DNA of 64,000 nucleotides from Thermoanaerobaculia bacterium (GCA_963816185.1 CAWFJJ010000024.1:640001-704000); one strand, 5' to 3'. Positions 1 to 10,065 are shown, counted from the first letter of the stretch. Program-made: numbers and translations. The notes: generated from the sequence alone by a model not told the origin.

Positions 1-2
1 CC

Positions 3-185
3 GGAGCCGGTGCGCGCAACTCGATCGGCATCATGCTGGTCAGCGGCATGATCATCGGCAGCGCCTTCACGCTCTTCGTCGTGCCGTCGATCTACGTGCT
101 CGTGGCGCGGACGCACAAGGCGGAGGTAAGCGTCGCGGAGCCCGAGCCGCGCGCCGAAGGGCCCGAGCTCGCGCCAGCTTCATGA
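3..185 (+). CDS. C-terminal fragment of an RND efflux transporter permease (AcrB/MexW-like), truncated by the window edge
   Basis: Frame from position 3 reads GAGARNSIGIMLVSGMIIGSAFTLFVVPSIYVLV, the typical last transmembrane helix of AcrB-family pumps; TGA at 183-185. Confidence 0.85.
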   Translation, partial: GAGARNSIGIMLVSGMIIGSAFTLFVVPSIYVLVARTHKAEVSVAEPEPRAEGPELAPAS

Positions 186-216
186 TGAGTGCTCGACCAA
201 ACCCAGGAGGGAAGAG

Positions 217-882
217 ATGAAGCTGACCGTTTTCGCAGCCACCGGAGGCATCGGGAAACTGATCCTCGAGCAGGCCGTCGTCGCGGGCCACGACGTCACG
301 GCCGTCGTGAGAATTCCGAAGAACGTCTCGGCGAAGGTGCAGATCGTCGCGGCCGACCTCGCGGCGCCGGACCCGGCGGTCCTCGCATCCGCGGTCGAAG
401 GAAGAGACGCCGTGCTCTCCGGCCTCGGCGCGCGGACGGGGGCGGAGGTGGGAGTCGCCGAAAAGGGTACGCGGGCGATCATCGATGCGATGCAGGCAAA
501 ACGTGTGCGGCGCATCGTCGTCGTCAGCGCCGCTCCAATCGGCACCGTGCCTTCGCCCGGCCGCCCGAAGCCGCCGAAGTACGACCCCGGAGACGGATTC
601 TTCATGCGGCATCTCTTCAGTCCGTTCGCGAGAACGGCGTTCCGGGAGCGTTACTTCGACCTCGCGTTGATGGAGGACGATCTTCGAAACAGCGGCCTCG
701 ACTGGACAATCGTCAGGCCCCCGCGGCTGACCGACAAACCGCTGACCGGAACCTACCGGACGGCAGACGGGCAGAACCTCCGGGGCGGCTTCCTCATTTC
801 GCGCGCCGACGTCGCCCATCTCATGCTCCACGTGCTCGAACGACCCGAGACGATCGGGCACGTCATCGGCATCGCTGACTAG
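217..882 (+). CDS. NAD(P)H-binding atypical SDR / flavin reductase (BVR-B-like)
   Basis: N-terminal VFAATGGIG Rossmann motif, LDWTIVRPPRL, ISRADVA; RBS GGAGG upstream. Confidence 0.85.
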   Translation: MKLTVFAATGGIGKLILEQAVVAGHDVTAVVRIPKNVSAKVQIVAADLAAPDPAVLASAVEGRDAVLSGLGARTGAEVGVAEKGTRAIIDAMQAKRVRRIVVVSAAPIGTVPSPGRPKPPKYDPGDGFFMRHLFSPFARTAFRERYFDLALMEDDLRNSGLDWTIVRPPRLTDKPLTGTYRTADGQNLRGGFLISRADVAHLMLHVLERPETIGHVIGIAD

Positions 883-974
883 CGGCGGCTCCGCGCGCCT
901 CCAAAAGTTCCCATCAGTCACTCGCCCGCCGCGGCGAGGCACGCAATATCGATGCGAGCGGCGGGCGCCTCGCC

Positions 975-1478
975 CTAACGCGAGGCGCCGACTTCCACGG
1001 GCTGGCCTTTCGCGGCGGTCCGAGCGGGCGCCAGCTGGTACGTTCCGGCCGGCGACCGGAAGGCGACGTTGAAGCGATTCCAACCGTTGATGGCCACGAT
1101 GCCGAGCGTGAGATCGACGAGCTCCTTCTCGGAGAAGTAGCGGCGCGCTTCTTCGTATACGGAGTCCGGCACGTGTCCGCCATCCAGGCGTGTCACGGCT
1201 TCCGTCCACGCGAGGGCGGCGCGCTCGCGCCCCGTGTAGTAAGGCGACTCGGCCCACGCGTCGAGCCCGTACAGCCGCTGTTCGTTCTCGCCTGCCGCGC
1301 GAAGATCCTTCCAGTGCATGTCGATGCAGTAGGCGCAGCCGTTGATCTGCGACGCCCTCAGGTTGACGAGATCGAGGAGAGTGCGCTCAAGTCCGCTCTT
1401 GCTCAGGTAGCCGCCAAGGCCCAGCATCGCGTGCAGCACTCCGGGTGCGACGTTGGTGTAATCGATTCTCGGTTCCAT
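975..1478 (-). CDS. Carboxymuconolactone decarboxylase / AhpD-like protein
   Basis: LRASQINGCAYCIDMH motif, ERAALAWTEAVT, INGWNR; RBS GGAGGT. Confidence 0.9.
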   Translation of the reverse strand: MEPRIDYTNVAPGVLHAMLGLGGYLSKSGLERTLLDLVNLRASQINGCAYCIDMHWKDLRAAGENEQRLYGLDAWAESPYYTGRERAALAWTEAVTRLDGGHVPDSVYEEARRYFSEKELVDLTLGIVAINGWNRFNVAFRSPAGTYQLAPARTAAKGQPVEVGASR

Positions 1479-1618
1479 GTAACACCTCCAAAGGTTCCGG
1501 CCCTCTTTGCCGAGACCTCATCGAGGTGCATTTCCCATGCCTCATCGAGATTCCGAGGGTTCGGTCCATTCCGCCCGCGCCCGCCTCCTCATGAGTGACC
1601 GCGGTTCGACCGGCTCCA

Positions 1619-3046
1619 TCACTGAACCCGGAGGAACGCGGCGAGGTCCGAGATCTCTGCGTCCGTCAGGCCGATGCTGAAGCGCTCGTTGTAGAATCGG
1701 ACGGCGTCGGCGAGGGTCGCGGCCGAGCCGTTGTGGAAGTAGGGCGCCCGGGCCGCGAGGCCGCGCAGGATCGGTCCCTTGAACCGGCCGATGTGCTTCC
1801 ATTTGCCGGTGATGAGGGCCCGCCCGGGATCGGTCGTTTGAATGGTCTGTCCCGTCGTCTTGTTCTTGAGCGTGTAGAAAGGCATGTCGGGCGTCCGGCG
1901 TGAGGCGTCGGTGAGGCCGATGTCGAGCGGCGCCGCCACCGAGTGATCGCCGATGTTCGGCGAGTCGTGACACGTGCCGCAGGTGCCCGGGATGCTCGCG
2001 ACGCCCAGGTCGTCGTTGAGGCCCTTCACGCCGGTGATGTTGATCCGCTTGCTGTTGAACAGCTCCTCGCCACGCGCCACGGCCAGCCGCGCCGCAGTTC
2101 GTCCCTCGTCCTCTTCGTCGGCGTCGTCCCCGTGACTGCTCTTGAGCTTGGCCCATGCCGCGAAGTCGGTGAAGATGATCGGGCTGAATGGAATCTTCTT
2201 GGGATTCAGCCCCAGCGGGTCGTTGATCCCGAGGTAGAAAGCCTGCCTCGAGAGAGTCTTCGGTCCGCCCTTCGCCCCCTGACTCTTGAGATCTCCTGCG
2301 GCGACGTCGTAGACCTGGGCCGTGAACAGCCCCGTCTCGAAGGCCACGATCTGCTCCCGCTGCTCGGTCGAGAGCGGGACGCTCGCCTGAGCGTGTCCCA
2401 TCGTGGCGGAATTCGCCTGGTCCGAGAGGTCGAAGTCGATGGTCTGCCCGGGGAACGTCTCGCGGCCATCGACCATGACCGTGCTGAGGTAAGCCACATT
2501 CGTGGAAGGGAGGGGACGACGGAAGAGAGAGAGCTCATGGCTGCTCGCGAAGCCGTAAGGATCGTCTACCGCTTCGAGAGTGAACTCGGCGTCGGCCGGA
2601 ATGCCGATGCCGACCCGGATGAGGCCCTTGCTCAGGAGCATGCTGTAGGCGCTTCGACGCGCCTCGACGGTCACGACGTCGGCATTCGGCGAGTTGGAGC
2701 CATCGTTCGTGCGGAAGATCGGGTCGAGCCCGGCTGTGGCCTCGAAGCGCTCCCGCAGACCCGCCGGAGTGATGGTCCACCCGCTCTCGGGGCGATGGCA
2801 AGTGAAACACGTGCGCCCGTTCGTGCCGAGATCCTGGAAGAAGGGATTGTCCGTATCGATGTGGCCCGCGGTCGAAAACGTCTGGGCCGCTCCCGTCGGG
2901 TTCACGAACGGCTCGAGGAAATTGTGCCTGCTCTCGCCGGAGGCTATCCAAGACCTTCCGGCGGCGGCGAAGATGGCGGCTGTCAGGCAGAAAGCGGACA
3001 CTCGAACCACACGTGTCTTGCGCATGCTCTCGGACATGTTCCTCAC
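1619..3046 (-). CDS. Exported di-heme cytochrome c (cytochrome c peroxidase/MauG superfamily-like)
   Basis: Signal peptide, two CxxCH motifs (CFTCH, CGTCH), C-terminal GRFKGPILRGLAARAPYFHNG; exact start uncertain. Confidence 0.8.
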   Translation of the reverse strand: MRNMSESMRKTRVVRVSAFCLTAAIFAAAGRSWIASGESRHNFLEPFVNPTGAAQTFSTAGHIDTDNPFFQDLGTNGRTCFTCHRPESGWTITPAGLRERFEATAGLDPIFRTNDGSNSPNADVVTVEARRSAYSMLLSKGLIRVGIGIPADAEFTLEAVDDPYGFASSHELSLFRRPLPSTNVAYLSTVMVDGRETFPGQTIDFDLSDQANSATMGHAQASVPLSTEQREQIVAFETGLFTAQVYDVAAGDLKSQGAKGGPKTLSRQAFYLGINDPLGLNPKKIPFSPIIFTDFAAWAKLKSSHGDDADEEDEGRTAARLAVARGEELFNSKRINITGVKGLNDDLGVASIPGTCGTCHDSPNIGDHSVAAPLDIGLTDASRRTPDMPFYTLKNKTTGQTIQTTDPGRALITGKWKHIGRFKGPILRGLAARAPYFHNGSAATLADAVRFYNERFSIGLTDAEISDLAAFLRVQ

Positions 3047-3062
3047 TGCCTTTCGGTTTGCG

Positions 3063-3335
3063 TCAATCGAGTTGTACGTCGCAGGTTGCTTCGTTGCTCG
3101 CGTCGTTCGGCTTGACGGAGTCTCTCTGGGCCGAAGAGGCGGGGCTCGCAGCGATCGCGTTCGAACCCGCGGCGGGAGCCGGCGGCTGCGACCGTCGTGA
3201 AGATCCTTCGAGCTGGGAACGGTGGCCGAGGGGGCCGAGCGGCACGAAGACGGCGATCGCGCCGACGAGCGTCCCGGCGGCGAAGCTCAAACCAGGGGAG
3301 ATCTGCCTTCCGGACTTCCTTGCGAAGGTTGTCAT
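3063..3335 (-). CDS. Small membrane-anchored hypothetical protein (90 aa)
   Basis: Strong RBS (AAAAGGGAGG) before ATG, one hydrophobic segment, directly upstream of the cytochrome gene on the same strand. Confidence 0.55.
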   Translation of the reverse strand: MTTFARKSGRQISPGLSFAAGTLVGAIAVFVPLGPLGHRSQLEGSSRRSQPPAPAAGSNAIAASPASSAQRDSVKPNDASNEATCDVQLD

Positions 3336-3564
3336 TGCTTCCTCCCTTTTGCAGTCTTCGGGACGCCATCCGCGGAAAGTGGAGAGTCGCTGCTCACTCA
3401 GGAAATCGGAATTCGGAAGGGAAAGGCGACAGGGGCGGGACTAGCAGCGAAACCCGAGGAGAAAACACAACAAATGACCGCAGGAGGGCTCCGGTCGGAA
3501 AATTTTTCGCGCCCGTCGGGCTCGGATCTTGCAAAGGGGTGTTCTTGACTTTAGTTGAGAGCCG

Positions 3565-6500
3565 ATGAACTACACGATCTCCTCGCTCATCCTCTCGAGC
3601 GAGTCAGGCGACCGATCCGCGGCGGACACGCTCTTCGCCTCGCTCTACTCTGAGCTGCACCGGTTGGCGAAGAGTCAGCTGGCGCGGAACGGACCCTCCG
3701 TCGCGCTGAGCGCGACGACGCTGCTCCACGAGGCGTATCTCAACATCGCCGGACGCGAGGCCGCGTTCCCGGACGAAGGCCGGTTCATGGCTTACGCCGC
3801 GAAGGTGATGCGCGGCCTCATCATCGACTACTCCCGAAGCCGTCAGGCGCAAAAGCGCGGCGGTGGCTTCGAGATCACGTCGCTCGGTGACGTGGCCGCT
3901 GAGGCAGTCGTGGATGAAGGCGAGCTGGTCCGGATCAGCGCTGCGCTCGACGGCCTGGCGTCGGTCGACGCGTCGCTCGCCGAGGTCGTCGATCTGAAGT
4001 TCTTCTGCGGTTTCTCGTTCCCTGAGATCGCCGCGATGCGGGGCTTGTCGGAACGGACCGTGCAGCGCCGCTGGGAGAAGGCGCGCAGGCGGCCCCCGCT
4101 TGAACTCGGAAGCGTAGCCGTGTCCTCGGAGAGCCGGGATCTCTGGCAGGCCCTGAGTCCCTACCTCGATCGCGCTCTCGAAATGACGGATGACGAGCGC
4201 GGCGCCTGGCTGACGTCTTTGTACGCAGAGGATTCGGCTCTGGCCTCCGAAGTTGAGGCCCTTCTCGAGGAACACCGCGCGCTCCGTCAGGAAGGCTTTC
4301 TCGAAGACGAGGCCCTGAAGCCTCCCGCATCGGCGTCGCTCGCGGGCCAGAAGATCGGTGCCTACATGCTGATCGAGGCCATCGGTCAGGGCGGCATGGG
4401 CAGCGTCTGGCTGGCCCGGCGCAGTGACGGCCGTTTCGAGGGCCAGGCCGCGGTGAAGCTCCTCAACGTGAGCCTCGTCGGTCGTGCCGGCGAGTCGCGA
4501 TTCGAGCGGGAAGGGCACCTTCTCGCCCGCCTGACGCATCCGAACATCGCGCGTCTGATCGATGCGGGCGTGTCGTCGATCGGACAGCCCTATCTCGTGC
4601 TCGAGTACGTTCTGGGCGAACAGATCGACCGCTACTGCGATGGCAAGAGGCTGAACGTGGAGGGACGGCTGCGTCTCTTCCTGGACGTACTGGCCGCCGT
4701 GGCGCATGCGCACGCCAATCTGATTGTGCACCGGGACATCAAGCCGTCGAACGTGCTCGTGGCGACCGACGGACAAGTGAAGCTGCTCGACTTCGGGATC
4801 GCGAAGCTTCTCGAGGAGGAGGGGGGCTCGGCGGAGGCTACGGCGCTCACGCGCGAAGGGGGTCGGGCACTGACCCCCGAGTACGCCGCCCCCGAGCAGC
4901 TGACCGGCGGAACGATCACGACCGCGACCGACGTCCATGCCCTGGGCACGCTGCTCTACGTGCTGCTCTCGGGACGGCATCCGGCCGAGGCGTCCCTGGG
5001 ATCGACGGCAGACCTGGTGAAGGCGATCGTCGACATGGAGCCGCAGGTTCTCTCCCATGCAGTGGGGCCGACCCGGGCAACCGCGACGGAGACCGTTCGC
5101 CGCAACGCGCAGATGCGGTCTGCGTCGCCGGACGGGCTCCGGAGCTCTCTCAAGGGAGACCTCGATACGATCGTCGCGAAGGCCTTGAAGAAGGATCCGG
5201 CCCAGCGCTACGCGTCGGTAACCGCTCTCGCCGACGACCTCAACCGCACACTTCGCCGCGAGCCGATCAGCGCGCGGACGGACACGCTGGCTTATCGGAC
5301 GACCACGTTCCTGCGGCGTCACGCGCGAGGTGTCGTCACGGCCGCGACGGTGATCCTGCTTCTCGCGGGTTTGATCGGCTTCTACACCGCGCGCGTGGCG
5401 GCCGAGCGCGATCGGGCTCGTCTCGAGGCGCAGAAAGCAGCAAAGGTGAGCGAGCTCCTGTCTGGGCTCTTGACCGGAGCGGATCCCTACGCCACTCACG
5501 ATGCGAAGGACCTCACCGTCCGCGGCCTCCTCGACGCCGGCGCGGCGCGCGTGCAAAAGGAGCTCGCGGGCCAGCCGGAGCTGAAGGCCGAGATGCTGTC
5601 GGTGATGGGACGCACCTACCAGCGGCTCGGCGAACCCGACAAGGCACGGCCCTTGCTGGAGGAGGCGCTGACCACGAGACGCCACCTTCTTGGTCCGGAG
5701 CACCTGCAGGTGGCCGAGAGCTTGAACGACCTGGGAGTTCTTCTGAGAGAAGAAGGCGACTCGGGCGCCGCCGAGCCTTTGCTCGTCGAGGCTCTCGCAA
5801 CGCGGCGAAAAGTGCTCGGCGGGGAGCACCGGGACGTCGCGGAGACGCTCGTCGAGCTCGGCCGCCTCTACAGCGACAAAGGATCCGATCAGCGGGCCGA
5901 GCCGCTGTTCCGAGAGGCGCTCGCGATCCGCCGGAAGGTCCTCGGAGATCAGGACCATGACACCGCCACGAGCATGAACGAGCTCGCCCTCCTCTTGTGG
6001 CACAAGGGCGACCTCCCCGGAGCCGAGGAACTCTTTCGCCAGTGCCTCGCGATCAACCGCAAGACGCTGGGCGAGAACCATCCGGACGTCTCGACGTCGC
6101 TGAACAACCTCGCTCTGATCGCCGGAGACCGGGGGGACTTCGCGGCTGCCGAAGCGCTGTCGCGGCAGTCTCTCGCTATCGCCCGACAGACCCTTGGAGA
6201 CAGACATCCGGATGTCGCCATCAAGCTCAGCAATCTGTCCCGGCCGTTGCTGGCGCTCGGGAAGTACGACGAGGCGGCCGCCTCTCTTCAGGAGGCGCTG
6301 CAGATCGCGACCGCCGCTCTCGGCGCGGAGCATCCGTGGGTCGCCCAGTACAAGGTGAACCTTGCCCGCGTGCAATTGGCGCGCAAAGACGCCGCCTCTG
6401 CCGAGCGCCTGCTCTGGCAGGCTCTGGAGATCCGCCGGCGCGCCTTTCCGGAAGGCGACTGGCGGATCGCCGTGGCGAAGAGCTTGCTGGGCGAAGCCCT

Positions 6501-6657
6501 CACGTCCCTCGGCCGCTACGACGAAGCGGAGCGTCTGCTGCTCGAGGCGAAGGCGATCCTGAAGGAAGGCCGCGGCCCCGAGGGCCGCGAAGCCTCGGCA
6601 ACCGCCGAGCGCCTCGACGCGCTCTACAGCGTCTCGCGGTCGCACAAGGCCCCGTGA
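3565..6657 (+). CDS. ECF sigma factor (kinase-associated type) fused in frame to a membrane Ser/Thr kinase with TPR repeats
   Basis: First ~175 aa ECF-like (LSATTLLHEAYL, RQAQKRGGG, EIAAMRGLSERTVQRRW); then GQGGMGSV, HRDIKPSN, DFG, TPEYAAPEQ, a TM helix and repeated SLNxL TPR units. Confidence 0.85.
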   Translation: MNYTISSLILSSESGDRSAADTLFASLYSELHRLAKSQLARNGPSVALSATTLLHEAYLNIAGREAAFPDEGRFMAYAAKVMRGLIIDYSRSRQAQKRGGGFEITSLGDVAAEAVVDEGELVRISAALDGLASVDASLAEVVDLKFFCGFSFPEIAAMRGLSERTVQRRWEKARRRPPLELGSVAVSSESRDLWQALSPYLDRALEMTDDERGAWLTSLYAEDSALASEVEALLEEHRALRQEGFLEDEALKPPASASLAGQKIGAYMLIEAIGQGGMGSVWLARRSDGRFEGQAAVKLLNVSLVGRAGESRFEREGHLLARLTHPNIARLIDAGVSSIGQPYLVLEYVLGEQIDRYCDGKRLNVEGRLRLFLDVLAAVAHAHANLIVHRDIKPSNVLVATDGQVKLLDFGIAKLLEEEGGSAEATALTREGGRALTPEYAAPEQLTGGTITTATDVHALGTLLYVLLSGRHPAEASLGSTADLVKAIVDMEPQVLSHAVGPTRATATETVRRNAQMRSASPDGLRSSLKGDLDTIVAKALKKDPAQRYASVTALADDLNRTLRREPISARTDTLAYRTTTFLRRHARGVVTAATVILLLAGLIGFYTARVAAERDRARLEAQKAAKVSELLSGLLTGADPYATHDAKDLTVRGLLDAGAARVQKELAGQPELKAEMLSVMGRTYQRLGEPDKARPLLEEALTTRRHLLGPEHLQVAESLNDLGVLLREEGDSGAAEPLLVEALATRRKVLGGEHRDVAETLVELGRLYSDKGSDQRAEPLFREALAIRRKVLGDQDHDTATSMNELALLLWHKGDLPGAEELFRQCLAINRKTLGENHPDVSTSLNNLALIAGDRGDFAAAEALSRQSLAIARQTLGDRHPDVAIKLSNLSRPLLALGKYDEAAASLQEALQIATAALGAEHPWVAQYKVNLARVQLARKDAASAERLLWQALEIRRRAFPEGDWRIAVAKSLLGEALTSLGRYDEAERLLLEAKAILKEGRGPEGREASATAERLDALYSVSRSHKAP

Positions 6658-6672
6658 TAGAAGGAGGTCGCG

Positions 6673-8208
6673 ATGGCGCACAAGAATGGCGAGCTCCAGG
6701 GGGCGGATTTCGGAGCAGGCGTTCCGGTGAACGACGTTCGGGAGGGCATGCCGCTCCTCGGGCACGCGCGTGGGGAGGCGGTCGTCCTCGCGAGAAGCGG
6801 GGGAGAGTTCTTCGCCGTCGGCGCGACATGCACGCATTACGCGGCGTCGCTCGCGGGCGGAATCGTCGCGGACGGGGCCGTCCGCTGTCCCCTCCACCAT
6901 TCCTGTTTCGATCTGAAGACGGGGGAGGCCGTCCGTGCGCCGGCGTTCGCGTCCCTCGCGTGCTACCGCGTGGAGGTCGCGGGCGGACGCGTTCGGGTGG
7001 GCGAACGCCGGCCGGAGGCGGCGGCAGAGACGGCCGCACCTGCCCGCCCGTCCTCGGTCGTGATCGTAGGTGCGGGCGCCGCGGCGTACGCGGCAGCCGA
7101 CAAGCTCCGCCGGGAAGGTTTCCAGGGAAAGATCACGATGATCGGCTCAGAGGACACCGGTCCGGTGGATCGCCCGAACCTGTCGAAGGATTACCTCGCC
7201 GGCAAGGCTCCCGACGAATGGATTCCGCTGCCGATGCCTGCCGGCGTCGAGATCCGGACGGGGACACGCGCCACCGCGATCGACACGAGCGGGCGACGTG
7301 TGCTCCTCGCGGACGGCTCGGCCGTTCCGTGGGACGCGCTCCTCCTCGCGACGGGCGTCGAAGTGGTGAAGCTCCAGGTGTCCGGAGCGGATCTGCCGCA
7401 CGTCCACACGCTCCGGACGCTCGCCGACAGCAAGGCGATCATTGCGGACGCGGCGTACGCGAAGCGGGCGGTCGTCGTGGGCGCGGGGTTCATCGGCCTC
7501 GAGGCGGCTGCCTCCCTGCGCGAGCGCGGCGTCGGGGTGGACGTCGTCGATCTTTTCCCTCCGTTCGAGAGGGTGCTCGGGCCCGAGGTCGGGAAGCTCG
7601 TGAAGGGCCTCCATGAGAAGCACGGCGTCGTCTTTCACATCGGCGAAAGCGTCGCATCGATCTCCAAGAGCGCCGTCGCCCTGAAGAGCGGCGTCGAGCT
7701 GCCTGCGGATCTCGTCGTGGTGGGCATCGGGGTCCGCCCCACGACCGTCCTCGCGGAGAGCGCAGGCCTTCGGATCGACCGCGGGATCCTCGTGGACGAG
7801 CATCTCGAGACGAGCGCCAAAGGGATCTTCGCAGCCGGCGACGTCGTGCGCTGGAACGATCCGCGGTTCGGCGGGCCGATTCGCGTTGAGCATTGGGTCG
7901 CCGCCGAGCGAATGGGAGCGGCGGCGGCGCGCTCGATCCTCGGGCGGCCCGGCGCTTTCCGCGACGTGCCATTCTTCTGGAGCGCCCACTACGACGTCCT
8001 CATCGCCTACGTGGGCCACGCCGAAAAATGGGATCGGATCGACGTTCACGGCAGCCTCGCCGCGCTCGATGCCACACTTGCCTATCGCCAGGGCAAGAAG
8101 ACGTACGCGGTCGTCACGATCGGACGCGACCGTGCGGGCCTCGAGGCCGAGCTCGCGTTCGAGCGCGGAGACGAGGCCGCCCTCGCCGCTTTCGGAAGAA
8201 CGCGATAG
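6673..8208 (+). CDS. Rieske [2Fe-2S] domain fused to FAD-dependent pyridine nucleotide oxidoreductase (AIF-like)
   Basis: CTH...CPLH Rieske ligands, GAGAA and GAGFIG motifs, FAAGD, VPFFWS; RBS AAGGAGG. Confidence 0.9.
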   Translation: MAHKNGELQGADFGAGVPVNDVREGMPLLGHARGEAVVLARSGGEFFAVGATCTHYAASLAGGIVADGAVRCPLHHSCFDLKTGEAVRAPAFASLACYRVEVAGGRVRVGERRPEAAAETAAPARPSSVVIVGAGAAAYAAADKLRREGFQGKITMIGSEDTGPVDRPNLSKDYLAGKAPDEWIPLPMPAGVEIRTGTRATAIDTSGRRVLLADGSAVPWDALLLATGVEVVKLQVSGADLPHVHTLRTLADSKAIIADAAYAKRAVVVGAGFIGLEAAASLRERGVGVDVVDLFPPFERVLGPEVGKLVKGLHEKHGVVFHIGESVASISKSAVALKSGVELPADLVVVGIGVRPTTVLAESAGLRIDRGILVDEHLETSAKGIFAAGDVVRWNDPRFGGPIRVEHWVAAERMGAAAARSILGRPGAFRDVPFFWSAHYDVLIAYVGHAEKWDRIDVHGSLAALDATLAYRQGKKTYAVVTIGRDRAGLEAELAFERGDEAALAAFGRTR

Positions 8209-8227
8209 CGATTCGGGCCAGCGTCCT

Positions 8228-8936
8228 TTACACGCGGATCGCTGCGCCTCGAACGAGCTTCGCGTCGTCGCTGGCGAGGAAGAGGACGACGCGGGCGATC
8301 TCCTCGGGCGTCGGCCACTTCGAGAAGTCCGCCTTTGGCATGGATTTTCGATTCGCCTCCGTGTCGATGATGCTTGGGAGAATCGAATTCGCCCTCACGG
8401 CGGTGCCTTTCAGGTCTTCGGCCAGGGAATCCACGAGAGCCACGGCCGCCGCCTTCGAGGCGGCGTAGGCTGCGTTTCCTGCGCCGTGATCGAGCGCGGC
8501 CGTCGAGGCCACGTTCACGATCGACGCCGTGCCCCTGGGAGAGCATCACGGGGACCGCTGCGCGCAGCAGCGTGAAGCCCGAGCGGAGATTCAGGTTCAG
8601 CATCCGGTCGAGGAGCCGTGCATCCTGCTCCCAGAGCGGCATCCCGCCTGCGTAGCCGCCGACCGCATTGACGAGGGCATCCAGCCGCCCGTGGCGCGCC
8701 CGAATGGCCTCGACGAGCCCGCGCACCGCCTGCTCGTCGGTGACGTCGACCTCCCGTCCGTCGAGCCGGTTTGCGTTCGCGCCCGCGGCGGCCTTCAGGG
8801 CGGCGAGCTCGTCGGGGCTCCTGTATGTGACGATCACGGTGGCGCCCTCTTCGAGGAACGACAGACTGACCGCGCGGCCCAGCCCTCCCGTCCCGCCCGC
8901 TACCAGGGCCACCTTGCCGGCCACACTCGCCTTCAT
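8228..8936 (-). pseudogene. SDR family oxidoreductase with a single-base frameshift near 8525
   Basis: 5' part GGTGGLG...VNAVGG; 3' part in another frame VNVAS...YAASK...ANSILP; junction reads CAC GGC G TCG ATC GTG AAC (one extra base). Confidence 0.8.
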
Positions 8937-8965
8937 TGATCCTCGATCCTATCCTTGATGCCGCC

Positions 8966-10021
8966 GTGCGCCTGTTCGTTCTCCTTGCTTTGGCATTCGC
9001 TCGTGCGGCTTTCGGTGCCGAAGCACCCGGTGCCGCGGCCGAGGGGTCGCTCAGCCTGGATGGACGAACGATCCCGTTTCATTACGCATACGTGACGGAA
9101 CACGGGACGCTGTGGGTGACGCTGTCCGCGTCCCCGCTCGATCGAGGGCAGTTGAAGCAGATCGATTTCGGCCACCTGCCTAGCGAGGAAGCCGTCTTTC
9201 TGGAGATTCACGTCAACGGGCAGAGGGAGGCGACATCCATCTCCGTGCGGGCGCGGAGCCTGGCCGACGGCCTTTTGAACAACGATGACGTCGGAGTTTT
9301 CTCCGCGAAAGTCGCTTCTGCGGAAAGGGTTGAAGGAAGCCTGACACTTCCGTTGCCGAGGGAGATCAAGGGCCACCGCCTCTCTTATTCCGTCCGGTTC
9401 CGCGCGCTCCCGCCTGCCTCCGGTCCGGTTCGGAATCTCGACGACGCTCTCGATCGTGTGCCTTCGATCCGCAGACCGTTCGCCCGATTCAACCCCTCTG
9501 ACGCCGTCCTGGGAATCGGCGTCCTGGGCTCCTTCCTTCTCCTGGTCGCTCTCGCCCTCGCCTGGGCACTCTTCATCGCGCCACGCCGGGCGCGGAGTCT
9601 TTTTCGGGAGCTCGAGGAGCGAGGCTACGCCGAGATGGACAGGGCCGCGCCGGAGCTGCAGTCTGCGATCAAGTCGCTCGCGCCCTTGGAAACGGAATTC
9701 AGCGCCCGCCTGCGCAACCTCGACCACATCGGCCGCGGCCGTGAAGAGAGGTTCGGTTTTCGGAAGGTCGACGTTCCGGGTCTGTCGACCGAATTCGCTT
9801 CCCTGTATGCGGTCTATTCCAGGAACGGGCGCGACGTCGCGGTGTCGCCGCGGCTTCAAGAGGCGCTCCTCGACATCTCGCGGACTTTTTGGCCGTCGAG
9901 CAACTCCAATACGAGGTTCGGCCCGAACGGCTGGGGCATCTCCGCATCGAGCGCCTGGCTGGACCGCAAAGCGCTCCGGATCCTGCTCGACGCCGCGGAT
10001 CGCATCTCCGGAGCGCTTTGA
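8966..10021 (+). CDS. Hypothetical exported/membrane protein (signal peptide, one internal TM helix)
   Basis: GTG at 8966 opens a signal peptide (RLFVLLALAFARAAFG); TM LGIGVLGSFLLLVALALAWALFI; plausible codon usage; start uncertain. Confidence 0.65.
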   Translation: MRLFVLLALAFARAAFGAEAPGAAAEGSLSLDGRTIPFHYAYVTEHGTLWVTLSASPLDRGQLKQIDFGHLPSEEAVFLEIHVNGQREATSISVRARSLADGLLNNDDVGVFSAKVASAERVEGSLTLPLPREIKGHRLSYSVRFRALPPASGPVRNLDDALDRVPSIRRPFARFNPSDAVLGIGVLGSFLLLVALALAWALFIAPRRARSLFRELEERGYAEMDRAAPELQSAIKSLAPLETEFSARLRNLDHIGRGREERFGFRKVDVPGLSTEFASLYAVYSRNGRDVAVSPRLQEALLDISRTFWPSSNSNTRFGPNGWGISASSAWLDRKALRILLDAADRISGAL

Positions 10022-10065
10022 CTCTCGATGCCTCGAGGAGCGCGAGCTCTGGCCGGCACGGCGTC

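Noticed and set aside
1515-1549. Direct repeat CCTCATCGAG x2 (24-bp spacing) upstream of the AhpD-like gene
   Set aside because: Only two short copies and no associated regulator; not enough to call an operator
5640-6560. Periodic DNA similarity that could suggest a repeat array or CRISPR
   Set aside because: Explained by TPR coding repeats; no identical repeats with unique spacers anywhere in the window
3604-6900. 1098-aa antisense ORF over the ECF-kinase gene (similar cases at 8933-11578, 24349-27780, 59954-62854)
   Set aside because: Shadow ORFs expected at high GC; Arg/Ala/Pro-rich, no motifs, and they overlap well-supported genes
8515-8540. Programmed frameshift in the SDR gene
   Set aside because: No slippery heptamer or obvious stimulatory structure; a simple indel or sequencing error is more likely
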